Source of the DNA: an uncultured bacterium | Lineage (GTDB): Bacteria > Zixibacteria > MSB-5A5 > UBA10806 > 4484-95 | Reading direction: 5' to 3' | Assembly (NCBI GenBank): GCA_965603725.1 | Contig: CBFDEC010000012.1 | Span: 8,097-72,096, forward strand | DNA length: 64,000 nucleotides | Shown: piece after piece, positions 51,137 to 60,978 of the stretch | Layout: each line of letters begins with the position of its first letter | Numbering within the stretch: the stretch's first letter is position 1 | Notes under the pieces: model-generated | What the model saw: the letters and a program-made list of their open reading frames with translations, nothing else | What the model was told of the DNA's origin: nothing | The model's database searches: none | Made by a program: the position numbers and the translations under genes

Positions 51137-54100
51137 TTATTTCACCATCATCATCTTTTTAGTGGTGACGTTGTCGCCCTGAACAAGCTTATAGAAGTAT
51201 ACGCCGGAGGCAACATGGTTGCCGTTTTCATCGGCGCTGTCCCAGGTAATCTGATGGACGCCGGCAGGCAGATTCCCATCGACAAGCGTTTTAACCTTAC
51301 GGCCCATGATATCGTAAACCTCAAGGGTTGTATGGCCATCAGCGGGCAAACCGAAGGCGATATCCGTAGTCGGATTGAATGGGTTGGGGTAATTCTGAGT
51401 TAAAGAGAATGTTGCAGGAACCGCGGTCATATCATCGCCAATACCGGTTTCACCAACCTCAAGTGTGCAGGGTAAAGTGAATGTATTGTGTTCGGGATCG
51501 TTGGTTGAAATTAATATATTACCGGTATAAAGTCCGTTTTCCAGCTCTGTGGCATCAAAAACAACATCCAACTCCATCGATTCACTTGGCTGAACAATGC
51601 CTTCCTGCGGACTCACTGTTAACCAGAATAGCGGATAAGTGAATTCAATAGCCAGGCCGGGCTGTACTACCGCATTATTGTAGGCATATTCAAGTCCTAT
51701 TTCACCGACTTCATTTTCGATACCTATTGTGATATCGCTCTGGTATTCTCCTTCAATCTCGCCGTATTGCATACGGATTGAGTTATCGTTGCCATCGAGT
51801 ATTACCTGGAAACTGTGCAACGGTGTTGTCAGGTCGGGATAATAGTGCCAATCAACCCAGGAAACAATAAATCTGTTATTCACATCATCGTAGTAATAGT
51901 AGCAATTTCCTGTTGCACCGCCATCCAGGTCATCCCATTGAACGGCAATGAGCGCATTGGGAATATAAACCCTTGGAATAGTATAGTTGGAGATATAAGA
52001 ACTGGCATACTGAATGAAAGACAGCCAGCCGTTTGTGCTGACCATGATATCCGAGTATGTCTGACCATAGAAAGTAAAAGTCAAGCCCATCGGAAACAAG
52101 TCGGTGTACCCGTCATCGATAGAACCATAACTGAAATCAACCGGTGTGCCGTTTCCCGTAATATCAATCCACTCATAACTCGGACCATCGGGTTCATCGG
52201 AGTCTATATAAGTATAACCGAATTCATCGGGTCCGCCAAAATCAGTTATTACATCGTGATTGAACGGCGGATCGATTTCTGTTTTAAGATGCGACTCATC
52301 CTGAGGAGCATTTGCTTCTTCTTTCGAAACAGGAACATCGATTTGTTCTACAGGAATTTCAACCTCACTGTCGAAAGTGTTCATAGATTGCATGAAATCA
52401 TCAGTCAGAACAACCACGGAAAAATTAAGCGGAGCACCGCCCGAATTGGAGATAGTCAAATCCCCGGTAGTAGATTCGCCGGAATTTAACTGAACGTTAA
52501 ATGCTAAAGGTGATACACCGGCTTCAGGATATACTGCACTGCCGCCATTTACAACAGCTCCGTCAATATACCAGCCGTCACGAGTTGCTGAGCCATCCGT
52601 ACCAAATCGGAGTTTAAATTTGACAATTTCATCTTGATAAGAAGAAAGGTCAACGAGTACCTGCTCCCAGACTCCTGTTTCGCCGGAGAAACCCGGTTCA
52701 TCGTCCAAACCACGAACATCAGGATTAGGATATCCGTCTTCAGGCGTGATAAGGTTCCATGAAGTCCCACCATCAGTTGAAATGTGAATGTTGCCGCCAT
52801 CCCAGTTTAATTCCATGTTATACCAATGATAGAAAGAGAAAGAAGCATTGGCATCGGTAATATCGTAAAACGTTGTATATAAAGGATCATCGGCATTGTT
52901 GGGATAAGAACCGCCAAGCACCGTAGCCCAAACATTGTTGCCATCGTATGCTTCACCGGGCCCGGAGGACGGGGCACCCCATTCCCAGACGCCTTCACCT
53001 ACCCAGCCGCCGTTGTTTGCCTCGAATGATTCCAGTTCTCGAAGGTCAAAGTCAAGCGCAACAGTATCACCAACCGGAACAAATATGCTTCCCCTGCCGA
53101 GTCCATAACCAATAGCCGTAGCTTCGATATCGTAAGTTTCGCCGCCGGGTATGTTATCAAATATATAATACCCTTCGTTGTTGGTATAAACAGGGTTAAG
53201 AGGAACTCCAACTACAGATATAATGGCGTCCTCAATAGGATTCGAATCAAGGTCTAAAACATGACCATGAAGAATGCCGTACTCGGCAAAATCGAGAGTG
53301 AAATCTTGAGTAACGGTTTCATCAGGGAGTATCGTAACTGTTGCCGTATCGGGCAGATGGCCGAAGAAGCTGGCAATCAGGGTGTATGTGCTGTCGCCGG
53401 GAAGACTGAGATGATAAAAACCCACATCATCGGCAGTAGCAAATCTTGTTGAGCCATCGACTACAATTCTGGCGCCGCCTACAGGGCTGCTATTTTCATC
53501 ATACACGTAACCTTCAACAGCGCCATAACCCGCCTGAGCAATCAGGCACGCCTCGTGGAGATCGATAATACCATGACCGTAGCTGTTGTCTTCGCCGGCC
53601 GGCCCAAGGTCGACTGCAGTACTCATCATTATTTCCTTAATCGATTCAACATCCAGGTCGGGATTTGCCGAACGGATAACAGCGACTGCTCCGGTAATAT
53701 GAGGCGAGGACATCGAGGTCCCGCTCTTTGTTGAATAGCCGCCGCCCGGGATAGAACTTCTAACGTTAACGCCAGGTGCCACAACTTCAGGCTTGATGGC
53801 CATATCGGCCTCGGCGCATTCGGTCGGACCACGGGCTGAAAAGTTGGCTACGGGCAATGACGGGGTGGCACCGTCAACAGCTCCCACGGAGAAGCAATTA
53901 TAATATGTGGTTGCTCTATCGGCCGGGGAACGCAAGCCACTGTAACCTTCGTTGCCCGCAGAAAAAATAACCACCGTGCCGGCAGCTTCCAGGTTATCAA
54001 TTACAACCCAGAATGTCTCATCGCAATCAGGGTATCCGGGAATGCCATCGGGAATGCCCCATGAATTTCCGCAGGCATCGGGGTTATCCTGAGTGTAAGG

Positions 54101-54973
54101 ATCGCCGTCCGGGTCGACAAACCATTCAAATGACAGCAAAGCATCTGCAACTGTTCGGGCGATGTCGTATCTATCTATTGGGGCTGCCGCAATCCACTGA
54201 GCATCGATAGCAACACCAATTGTATCGCCTGATGGAGTACGGCCGCAGATGGTACCCATAGTATGTGTACCATGGCTTTGGGAATCCTGAGGGAACGTCC
54301 AGCCGGCATATGGATCATACCAGCTCTCGTCAACATCGCCGTCACCATCAACATCGCCGCGAAAACGATCCGCCAGAGCCGGGTGAGTGCCGTCAACGCC
54401 AGTATCCATGTTAGCCACAACCCGTCCGGCGCCAGTGAATCCAGCCGCCCATGCTTCCAGGGCGTTGATTCTTTCAAGACCAATCTCGTGGGATGCAATT
54501 AGCGGCGGGTCAGATTCTTTAGCATCAATCGGCTTTATACTTTCAATAGTATAATTGAAATAAAGGTCGGCTATTTCCGGATTCGCCGCAATCGCCTCTA
54601 TACCCGCTTTATTCGCAGTTACAATAAACATATTAGCAATCCACAGCATCTTGTAACGCTCGATTAAGCCCTGCAGCTGCAGCTCATCCAGGTAGGCTGA
54701 CATAGCAGGCTGAGTCCGGCTGACAATATCTTGAAGAGCCTCGATGACCCTTCGATTTCTATCAGCCAGGGTAGACCTTTCGAGTTTCAATTGTCTGTTT
54801 AGGGAACCGATATCTGCCTGTTCTTGCATCATAACAATGACGTCAATCTGTTCGCTGGCAATCATTCCCTGCATCCTATCTGCAAGATATGGGCTGATCT
54901 GTCCAGACCATACTACTGGAACAGCCAGTAGCACCATAACCACACACAGCACTTTGACTTTTAACATCGACAA
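51137..54973 (-). CDS. Secreted multidomain S8 (subtilisin-like) serine protease with C-terminal FlgD-Ig/T9SS-like sorting domain
   Basis: Signal peptide, prodomain, MDTGVD / HGTHTMGT / SGTSMSSPH triad, carboxypeptidase-regulatory-like repeats, C-terminal QNYPNPFNPTT...SGVYFYKL. Confidence 0.93.
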   Translation of the reverse strand: MSMLKVKVLCVVMVLLAVPVVWSGQISPYLADRMQGMIASEQIDVIVMMQEQADIGSLNRQLKLERSTLADRNRRVIEALQDIVSRTQPAMSAYLDELQLQGLIERYKMLWIANMFIVTANKAGIEAIAANPEIADLYFNYTIESIKPIDAKESDPPLIASHEIGLERINALEAWAAGFTGAGRVVANMDTGVDGTHPALADRFRGDVDGDGDVDESWYDPYAGWTFPQDSQSHGTHTMGTICGRTPSGDTIGVAIDAQWIAAAPIDRYDIARTVADALLSFEWFVDPDGDPYTQDNPDACGNSWGIPDGIPGYPDCDETFWVVIDNLEAAGTVVIFSAGNEGYSGLRSPADRATTYYNCFSVGAVDGATPSLPVANFSARGPTECAEADMAIKPEVVAPGVNVRSSIPGGGYSTKSGTSMSSPHITGAVAVIRSANPDLDVESIKEIMMSTAVDLGPAGEDNSYGHGIIDLHEACLIAQAGYGAVEGYVYDENSSPVGGARIVVDGSTRFATADDVGFYHLSLPGDSTYTLIASFFGHLPDTATVTILPDETVTQDFTLDFAEYGILHGHVLDLDSNPIEDAIISVVGVPLNPVYTNNEGYYIFDNIPGGETYDIEATAIGYGLGRGSIFVPVGDTVALDFDLRELESFEANNGGWVGEGVWEWGAPSSGPGEAYDGNNVWATVLGGSYPNNADDPLYTTFYDITDANASFSFYHWYNMELNWDGGNIHISTDGGTSWNLITPEDGYPNPDVRGLDDEPGFSGETGVWEQVLVDLSSYQDEIVKFKLRFGTDGSATRDGWYIDGAVVNGGSAVYPEAGVSPLAFNVQLNSGESTTGDLTISNSGGAPLNFSVVVLTDDFMQSMNTFDSEVEIPVEQIDVPVSKEEANAPQDESHLKTEIDPPFNHDVITDFGGPDEFGYTYIDSDEPDGPSYEWIDITGNGTPVDFSYGSIDDGYTDLFPMGLTFTFYGQTYSDIMVSTNGWLSFIQYASSYISNYTIPRVYIPNALIAVQWDDLDGGATGNCYYYYDDVNNRFIVSWVDWHYYPDLTTPLHSFQVILDGNDNSIRMQYGEIEGEYQSDITIGIENEVGEIGLEYAYNNAVVQPGLAIEFTYPLFWLTVSPQEGIVQPSESMELDVVFDATELENGLYTGNILISTNDPEHNTFTLPCTLEVGETGIGDDMTAVPATFSLTQNYPNPFNPTTDIAFGLPADGHTTLEVYDIMGRKVKTLVDGNLPAGVHQITWDSADENGNHVASGVYFYKLVQGDNVTTKKMMMVK

Positions 54974-55044
54974 CTCCTTTTAATTCGGTTATTATTAAGA
55001 CTATTTTTTGTAAAAACTAACATTATTTACCATTTTAAGGCTTT

Positions 55045-55060
55045 TGCAAAAAGCATGCCT
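55045..55060 (-). promoter_or_regulatory. sigma54 (-24/-12) promoter of the S8 protease
   Basis: Minus strand AGGCATGCTTTTTGCA (GG-N10-GC); IHF consensus TATCAACAAGTTA at 55097-55109; TGT-N11-ACA sites at 55141 and 55252. Confidence 0.6.
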
Positions 55061-55354
55061 GCGATTCTACTGTTAAGTTCATTACTATGTAATATATATC
55101 AACAAGTTAGAAACGCAAGCGATAAAACTATAAATAGTGGTGTTGCAATATGAAACAACTTCTGTTTTAAGGCACTAATTGTTTAATATATAATGAATTA
55201 TAATAGTTAATCTATGGATATAATCATAACACTGTTACTGTATTACACTCATGTTATTGAACCAAACAGAAGGTGATATAAAACTTATGATTCAATATTA
55301 ATAGTGCAATTTATTGCGTGGTTGGTGTATGTCCCCATCCACCAACAAGTCTTG

Positions 55355-55507
55355 TTATGTGGGCGGCACACGTCCCCGTGTACCCCTTGACGGGCAGACC
55401 AGTCCACCTATGGCGGATGCCGCGCACGAAGAAGTCCTGTAGATGAAGACCTCCGAAGGTCCCTGACGGGTCTCCGGCCTTGACGGCTTGCGGTCTTGAC
55501 GATTATC
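55355..55507 (+). repeat. 153-bp direct repeat, left copy
   Basis: 3 mismatches versus 58278-58430. Confidence 0.95.
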
Positions 55508-55584
55508 TGAATTAACGAAGGACTTCGTCCACCTGGTTAGGCCAGGAATGACAAAAGCCCTTTTTCCAGCCCGTCTCTTTTTTT

Positions 55585-55866
55585 TCAGGAGTTTCCCCGA
55601 AAAACTGAATAGAATTTTTATAATATAAATTATATAAACGAGTTGATATTTCGAAGAAGTGGAAATCATGGTTTCTCGAAAAATCGGGGAAACTTCCGCA
55701 CTAACAGGCGGGACTTTCCAGTCCCGCTGGCGGGCCAGACGGCTCGTATGAGCTGGAAAGTTCACAGGACCCCAGACGGGCCGTATGGCTTGACGGCCTG
55801 CCCTGTTAAGTTAGTTTTTTATTTTGCTTAAAATTGTTATGTGGAAAAAAACGGGGAAACTCCTGA
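55585..55866. mobile_element. Putative MITE with perfect 15-bp terminal inverted repeats
   Basis: tcaggagtttccccg (55585-99) and cggggaaactcctga (55852-66); no coding capacity; internal GC-rich hairpins. Confidence 0.55.
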
Positions 55867-55877
55867 TAAATCGCCGG

Positions 55878-55906
55878 TTGACTTTCTAAACGAATCAAAT
55901 TACATT
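55878..55906 (+). promoter_or_regulatory. sigma70-like promoter of the island genes
   Basis: TTGACT-N17-TACATT. Confidence 0.5.
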
Positions 55907-55990
55907 AATAATATGTCCGTTAAAACGGGGTAAGATCACTGAATTGTAAAAAATAAATGATTAGTTCAAAAGAAAAACCGGAGATTAATA

Positions 55991-57076
55991 GTGGAGTTAA
56001 ACAATTTTCAATTTAAGCATTTAGAATGGCAGAAGCGTTTTGATAACGAATTAAGTAAAGCGCCAAATGAATTTAAGCAGGCTTGGTCTTATTTTTGCGA
56101 TGGCGATATAGCTACTGCGGAAAAATCGCTTGCTATGTGTGCGCTGGCTGGATTATGGCCAGGAACAGCTTCCAGTATACTCGCATTCTTTGAACTTGAA
56201 AAGAAAAATTATTACAGGGCGATCGAGCTAGCTCTTGCAGGCGAAAATTATGGTCTGGAATTTCCCGGTTATTGGTATTATTATAAATCCTTAGCATCGT
56301 CATATAACTTTATCGATGAACTTGATAAATGCATAAGAGTCATCAATGAAGCGATTGATTTTTTCACTGTTGAAGATTCTCCATCGGATTTGTCAGGATT
56401 TTATTTTCATAAATCTAATGTATTCAAACAAGTTGCAGGTCCCCTTTCTCATAATATCGATGGTAAATCACAAAGTGACGCTAAAGAATGTATAAAAACA
56501 GCAATTGAATGCTTATGCAAGTCTTTGGCCATAATTAGCGATGGTTGGGAAAGCGATGTAAAACCTGAGCTTGAAGGTATAGCAAGAATCGCCGCGAGGG
56601 TGGGCATTAGGAGAAACGATTTACCGTTTTTAGAAGAAATGCTGGAAATAAAAGAGATTACAAATCAGTACTTTAGTGATTCCCACTTGGTTGAACTATG
56701 CGTTATAGTAAGTTTCAATGAAGCTAATAACAATGTAGAAACTGGAAACAGGGTGGATGCGGATCTTTGGTTTAGGCGTGCTCTCGAATTGGCTCCGGAA
56801 GAAAAGAAAGATGACATAGCTTTTAAGGGCATAGTTTACTATCTGACAGGAGTAAATTTACTTAGACTTCATAATCTCAAGGGATCAAATTTTTATCAGA
56901 TGGATGAATCCACCATAAACATTAGAAGGGATATTAAGTCGTTATGGAATCAATCTGTCCGATTATATAATTCTCTGGATCCGGGTTTTGTAGCTGATTT
57001 TGATAAGAGAATGCCCCCCGGATTGACTGAATCTGTTTGGAATATCAAACGAGATCCGATTATGAATCTTATGTGA
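55991..57076 (+). CDS. Hypothetical TPR-like helical protein
   Basis: 361 aa; TPR-like segments (YYYKSLASSYNFIDELDKCIRVINEAID; ADLWFRRALELAPE). Confidence 0.55.
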   Translation: MELNNFQFKHLEWQKRFDNELSKAPNEFKQAWSYFCDGDIATAEKSLAMCALAGLWPGTASSILAFFELEKKNYYRAIELALAGENYGLEFPGYWYYYKSLASSYNFIDELDKCIRVINEAIDFFTVEDSPSDLSGFYFHKSNVFKQVAGPLSHNIDGKSQSDAKECIKTAIECLCKSLAIISDGWESDVKPELEGIARIAARVGIRRNDLPFLEEMLEIKEITNQYFSDSHLVELCVIVSFNEANNNVETGNRVDADLWFRRALELAPEEKKDDIAFKGIVYYLTGVNLLRLHNLKGSNFYQMDESTINIRRDIKSLWNQSVRLYNSLDPGFVADFDKRMPPGLTESVWNIKRDPIMNLM

Positions 57077-57130
57077 TAGCAGAATTAAAGGAATAAAATA
57101 TGCAATGCAGTTTAACAAGGAGGACGGCTA

Positions 57131-57598
57131 ATGGTTTATACCATTTTAGTAATATTTTTGGTTATACTATCAATATGGATATACAGAAAGGTATCCTCAA
57201 AGAAAGAAGATGATATCGCAAAACCTTCTGCTGCTAATAATAACTCAAAAAGCGAACCAAGAGATTTCTTAAAAGATGCAGACGGATGGTTAAATACTCC
57301 AAAGCCATTGAAGGAGATGCTTAGTGAAAGTCGATCCTACGTGATAGATAAAATTATTGAACTCTTGAACTACGGTGGAATCTATGAAAGAAAGTATGCG
57401 GCATTTGCGTTAGGCCAAATTGGTGAGAAGCGATTTTTACAGTGCCTTGAAAATAGACTTACCCAAGAAACGGTTAAAGGAGTTCAGGAGGCGATAGGGT
57501 CTGCAAAGGTCGGTATATTAAGAGCCTCTCTTGATGAAGGATTCAGCGAAATGGATCGGAGGAAAATTATTACGGCAGCATATAATAGATACCTTTAG
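57131..57598 (+). CDS. Membrane-anchored HEAT-repeat protein
   Basis: N-terminal TM; RKYAAFALGQIGEKRFLQCLENRL HEAT-like repeat; AGGAGG RBS. Confidence 0.7.
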   Translation: MVYTILVIFLVILSIWIYRKVSSKKEDDIAKPSAANNNSKSEPRDFLKDADGWLNTPKPLKEMLSESRSYVIDKIIELLNYGGIYERKYAAFALGQIGEKRFLQCLENRLTQETVKGVQEAIGSAKVGILRASLDEGFSEMDRRKIITAAYNRYL

Positions 57599-57708
57599 AT
57601 TGACGTATTACAGAAGCATAGTGCGAATTGGAAGCATTCCTGTGTAAGAAATGATTTGAGCGTTAAAATTAACAATTTAAACCTTATCTTTGAAAGGAAG
57701 GTGCTACA

Positions 57709-57925
57709 ATGCCAAATTGCGAGTATCATGGTCACTACAATGAACCATATCAGGGATGTGCCCCAAATGTGTGCTGGAAATAGCTACAGGTGATCAACCT
57801 CCTCCAGGAAAAACTCCTCTGGGTAAATGTCCAGTTCATGGATTTTATTACGCAAAATTAAAAGGTACTTAAAAGGTACTTATGATGGCTGCCCGGTCTG
57901 TGCAAGAGAAAAACATGGAAGATAA
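57709..57925 (+). pseudogene. Two-repeat CxxHG...GCPxC zinc-finger microprotein broken by two micro-duplications
   Basis: Removing an extra TG (about 57769) and one copy of the 11-bp tandem ttaaaaggtac restores MPNCEYHGHYNEPYQGCPKC...KCPVHGFYYAKLKGTYDGCPVCAREKHGR*. Confidence 0.7.
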
Positions 57926-57975
57926 AATGATTAAGCCTTACTATTACTCTAGCTTTACACAAAGGAGGTATTCTC

Positions 57976-58140
57976 ATGGCAAAGATCTCATCTGGTGATC
58001 GCTGTGCCGACTGCAAACATTGTAAAATATGGTCGGCAGATCACACAAAAGCTACATGCACTCTTTATAATGAACAAGGCTTTCATCCTGATAGGCCTGT
58101 TTTGGCAAAATGTGTAGGGAAAGTTACAAGAAGATATTAA
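57976..58140 (+). CDS. Small Cys-rich protein (54 aa)
   Basis: AAAGGAGGT RBS; MAKISSGDRCADCKHCKIWSADHTKATCTLYNEQGFHPDRPVLAKCVGKVTRRY*. Confidence 0.7.
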   Translation: MAKISSGDRCADCKHCKIWSADHTKATCTLYNEQGFHPDRPVLAKCVGKVTRRY

Positions 58141-58277
58141 TCCAAAAAAAAGGTTTATTAGATGCCATTAAATCCAACACACGGGTACCCCACCTAATAA
58201 GTGGGTTTAAATTTAGCTAGGAGTCTGTCGGAGAACCTTGCTATAATATAATATCTATGCTACAATACTTTTAGAAT

Positions 58278-58430
58278 TTATGTGGGCGGCACACGTCCCC
58301 GTGTGCCCCTTGACGGGCAGACCAGTCCACCTATGGCGGATGCCGCGCACGAAGAAGTCTTGTAGGTGAAGACCTCCGAAGGTCCCTGACGGGTCTCCGG
58401 CCTTGACGGCTTGCGGTCTTGACGATTATC
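58278..58430 (+). repeat. 153-bp direct repeat, right copy
   Basis: Matches 55355-55507. Confidence 0.95.
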
Positions 58431-58498
58431 CTCTTTTTTTACTTGACCTTGCACGGCAATAAAATATATTAATAATCTGTTTTAAAAGTGAGAAGGAA

Positions 58499-58642
58499 AT
58501 GAAAAGAACGTTTCAACCGTCAAACAGAAAAAGAGCAAACGACCACGGCTTTCGCAAGCGAATGTCGACTAAGGCCGGACGTAATATCATAAAGAGACGC
58601 CGTGCTAAAGGACGGAAAAAACTCAGCGTATCAGACGAGTAG
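58499..58642 (+). CDS. rpmH: 50S ribosomal protein L34
   Basis: [47 protein letters not shown] (manual translation). Confidence 0.97.
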   Translation: MKRTFQPSNRKRANDHGFRKRMSTKAGRNIIKRRRAKGRKKLSVSDE

Positions 58643-58976
58643 CCTTCCCCGAGCAAGCAGGCTTTATGGCAGAAACGCCATGCTGAGAGTAATCAGCGGC
58701 GGCAGGAAGCTTAACGGAAAAAGCCTGAAGCTTAGTTATATCGAGGGCGAACCCGATAGATTCGCTATTAGCGTGGTCAAAAACTATGGTAAGGCAGTCG
58801 AAAGAAATAGAATAAAAAGGATAATCCGGGAATTCTTAAGACGGAATAAAAAAATGTGGCCGAAAAACCGCTGGGTGTTAATCAAAGTGTTGAAAAAATG
58901 CGATGCATTCAGTCGAACGGAAAACGAATCGCAGATTATCAAAGAGATAGAAAAACTGCTTAAACGCGTCGAATGA
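58602..58976 (+). CDS. rnpA: Ribonuclease P protein component
   Basis: [25 protein letters not shown] (RNR motif); synteny; start uncertain. Confidence 0.88.
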   Translation: MLKDGKNSAYQTSSLPRASRLYGRNAMLRVISGGRKLNGKSLKLSYIEGEPDRFAISVVKNYGKAVERNRIKRIIREFLRRNKKMWPKNRWVLIKVLKKCDAFSRTENESQIIKEIEKLLKRVE

Positions 58977-59194
58977 TTAAAATACCTTCAAAAATATTAG
59001 CTTTTATTGTGAGGTTGTACCAGTGGGTAATCAGCCCGATATTGCCGAGCAGTTGCCGGTATTATCCCTCATGCTCAGAGTATACCCGTATGGCTCTATT
59101 GACTCATGGCCTAATCAAAGGATCGGCGCTGGGCGTATGGCGTATCATTCGCTGTAACCCCTGGGGCAAGGGCGGTTACGACCCGGTGAAGTAA
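58973..59194 (+). CDS. yidD: Membrane protein insertion efficiency factor
   Basis: [18 protein letters not shown]...[13 protein letters not shown]. Confidence 0.96.
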   Translation: MIKIPSKILAFIVRLYQWVISPILPSSCRYYPSCSEYTRMALLTHGLIKGSALGVWRIIRCNPWGKGGYDPVK

Positions 59195-59203
59195 AAGGTT
59201 TGT

Positions 59204-60889
59204 ATGGATAAAAAGTCGATAATAGGTTTCGTTTTAATATTACTTATACTCTTGCTGTGGCCGAAATGGAGCAAGCTGATTAATCCGCCGCCGGAACAGC
59301 CGCCCGCCGAACATACGACCGGCGCTGTTGAGGCAGAAACCACAGCAAAGGAAATGCCTGATGAGTTGCAGGCTGCCCGGTTTGAAAAAGCCAGCAGTTC
59401 AGCAATGCCCGTCATGGATGAGCCGGTAGTTCCTGAAAAGCTTATCCATATCGAAACAGAAAGCTTTACCGCAACGCTGTCATCGTATGGCGGCCTGTTG
59501 AAGTCGCTGGCGCTTAAGGAATATTTCACCGGCAACGGCCATAACGGCGATTCGCTGGTGGAGATGATCGGCGCCCCCGAGACAAGTCCCTGGCAGGCGC
59601 CCGGCGCATTGACTCTGGGAGTCGAGGATAGTCTATACTTTATTAATCGCGCCCCTTTCGAGGTGGACGGTTATGACCTGACTCTTTTTAAAGGCGATGA
59701 ATCTCAGACCATATCGTTTTTCTATTCAGGTCCTGACGGCGCATCGGTTCGTAAAGACTATACTTTCAGCCCGGACGGTTACGGTTTTAAGCTTCGCTTA
59801 TCAGTAAACAAACCGGGCTTGCTTGGCTTTACCGACCAGCTTACGCTGGGCTGGCTGACGCCTGTTTTGGCGACTGAAAAAGACTATAAAGAGGATCTGG
59901 GTAAGTTCGCCGGTTTTTATTTCAAGGGCAACGAGGTAATCGAAAATAAGGATGTCGATGTAGAAGAGCCTATAAGCGGGGAATGCAAATGGGTTGCTCT
60001 GCGATCGAAATATTTTACAAATATTATTATAGCTGATAATATCCCGGGTTCGGATGCATTAATCGTCGGTAAAAAAAGCAGTGTTTATGATCGGGAGGGC
60101 AAACAGCACGAGTGGAAAAAGTTTGGCGCGGGTTTGACGTTCGATATTGAAGGCGAATATTTCACTAACGATTTAACTATTTACTCGGGTCCGCTTGATT
60201 ATTTTTGTTTACAGGGAATCGGGTATAAACTCGGCCAGCTTGTCGATATGGGTTTCTGGCTGTTCAGGCCTTTCTCAATCGGGGCGCTCTGGATTTTTAT
60301 ACAGCTTCACAAGGCGCTGTTTAATTATGGGCTGGTAATCATTATATTTTCAATTATTATGAAAGTCGTCTTCTGGCCGCTCACCCGTAAAAGCTCAGCC
60401 TCGATGATGAGAATGAAAGATCTGCAGCCAAAGATCCAGGAGATGAAAGCAAAATATAAGAACGAGCCGCAAAAGCTTAATGTGGAAACAATGAAGATTT
60501 ACAAGGAATACGGCGTTAATCCATTCGGTTCCTGTTTGCCGCTATTAGTACAGTTGCCTGTATTCTGGGCCATGTTTTCGGTTTTGCGAAATTCAATCGA
60601 ATTAAGAGCCGCTGGCTTCGTATTCTGGATAACCGACCTGTCACAGAAAGACCCGTATTATATTCTGGCTATTCTAATGGCGCTGGCGATGTTTATCCAA
60701 CAGAAGATGACTATCACCGACCCCAAGCAAAAAATGATGATTTATATAATGCCGGCAGTATTTTTATTCATCTTTGGCGGTATGCCCTCGGGTCTGGTGC
60801 TCTACTGGACGATGTTCAGCGTTATTGGCATATTCGAGCAAATTCTGGTTAAAAGAAAACTTGAAGAGGAGAAGAAGCTGGCCACCTGA
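59204..60889 (+). CDS. yidC: Membrane protein insertase
   Basis: NYGLVII..., LQPKIQE, GVNPFGSCLPLLVQLPV, WITDLSQKDPYYIL, PSGLVLYW. Confidence 0.96.
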   Translation: MDKKSIIGFVLILLILLLWPKWSKLINPPPEQPPAEHTTGAVEAETTAKEMPDELQAARFEKASSSAMPVMDEPVVPEKLIHIETESFTATLSSYGGLLKSLALKEYFTGNGHNGDSLVEMIGAPETSPWQAPGALTLGVEDSLYFINRAPFEVDGYDLTLFKGDESQTISFFYSGPDGASVRKDYTFSPDGYGFKLRLSVNKPGLLGFTDQLTLGWLTPVLATEKDYKEDLGKFAGFYFKGNEVIENKDVDVEEPISGECKWVALRSKYFTNIIIADNIPGSDALIVGKKSSVYDREGKQHEWKKFGAGLTFDIEGEYFTNDLTIYSGPLDYFCLQGIGYKLGQLVDMGFWLFRPFSIGALWIFIQLHKALFNYGLVIIIFSIIMKVVFWPLTRKSSASMMRMKDLQPKIQEMKAKYKNEPQKLNVETMKIYKEYGVNPFGSCLPLLVQLPVFWAMFSVLRNSIELRAAGFVFWITDLSQKDPYYILAILMALAMFIQQKMTITDPKQKMMIYIMPAVFLFIFGGMPSGLVLYWTMFSVIGIFEQILVKRKLEEEKKLAT

Positions 60890-60978
60890 GAAGAAAACTT
60901 CTGATCCATAATATGTTGCCCTGTTCCTCTGCAATGGATTGCTGCTATTCCAAAGGTTGGTAGAAGGGCATTTTTGTT

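Noticed and set aside
55355-55831. ORFs 55355-55765 (-) and 55643-55831 (+)
   Set aside because: Lie entirely over the repeat and MITE-like sequence.
58218-58240. ctaggagtctgtcggagaac as a possible IS end
   Set aside because: No matching inverted partner or transposase found in the window.
55355-58430. Possible CRISPR array or integron attC cassettes
   Set aside because: Only two long repeats, no regular repeat-spacer periodicity, no cas or intI, and no attC-like site after each gene.
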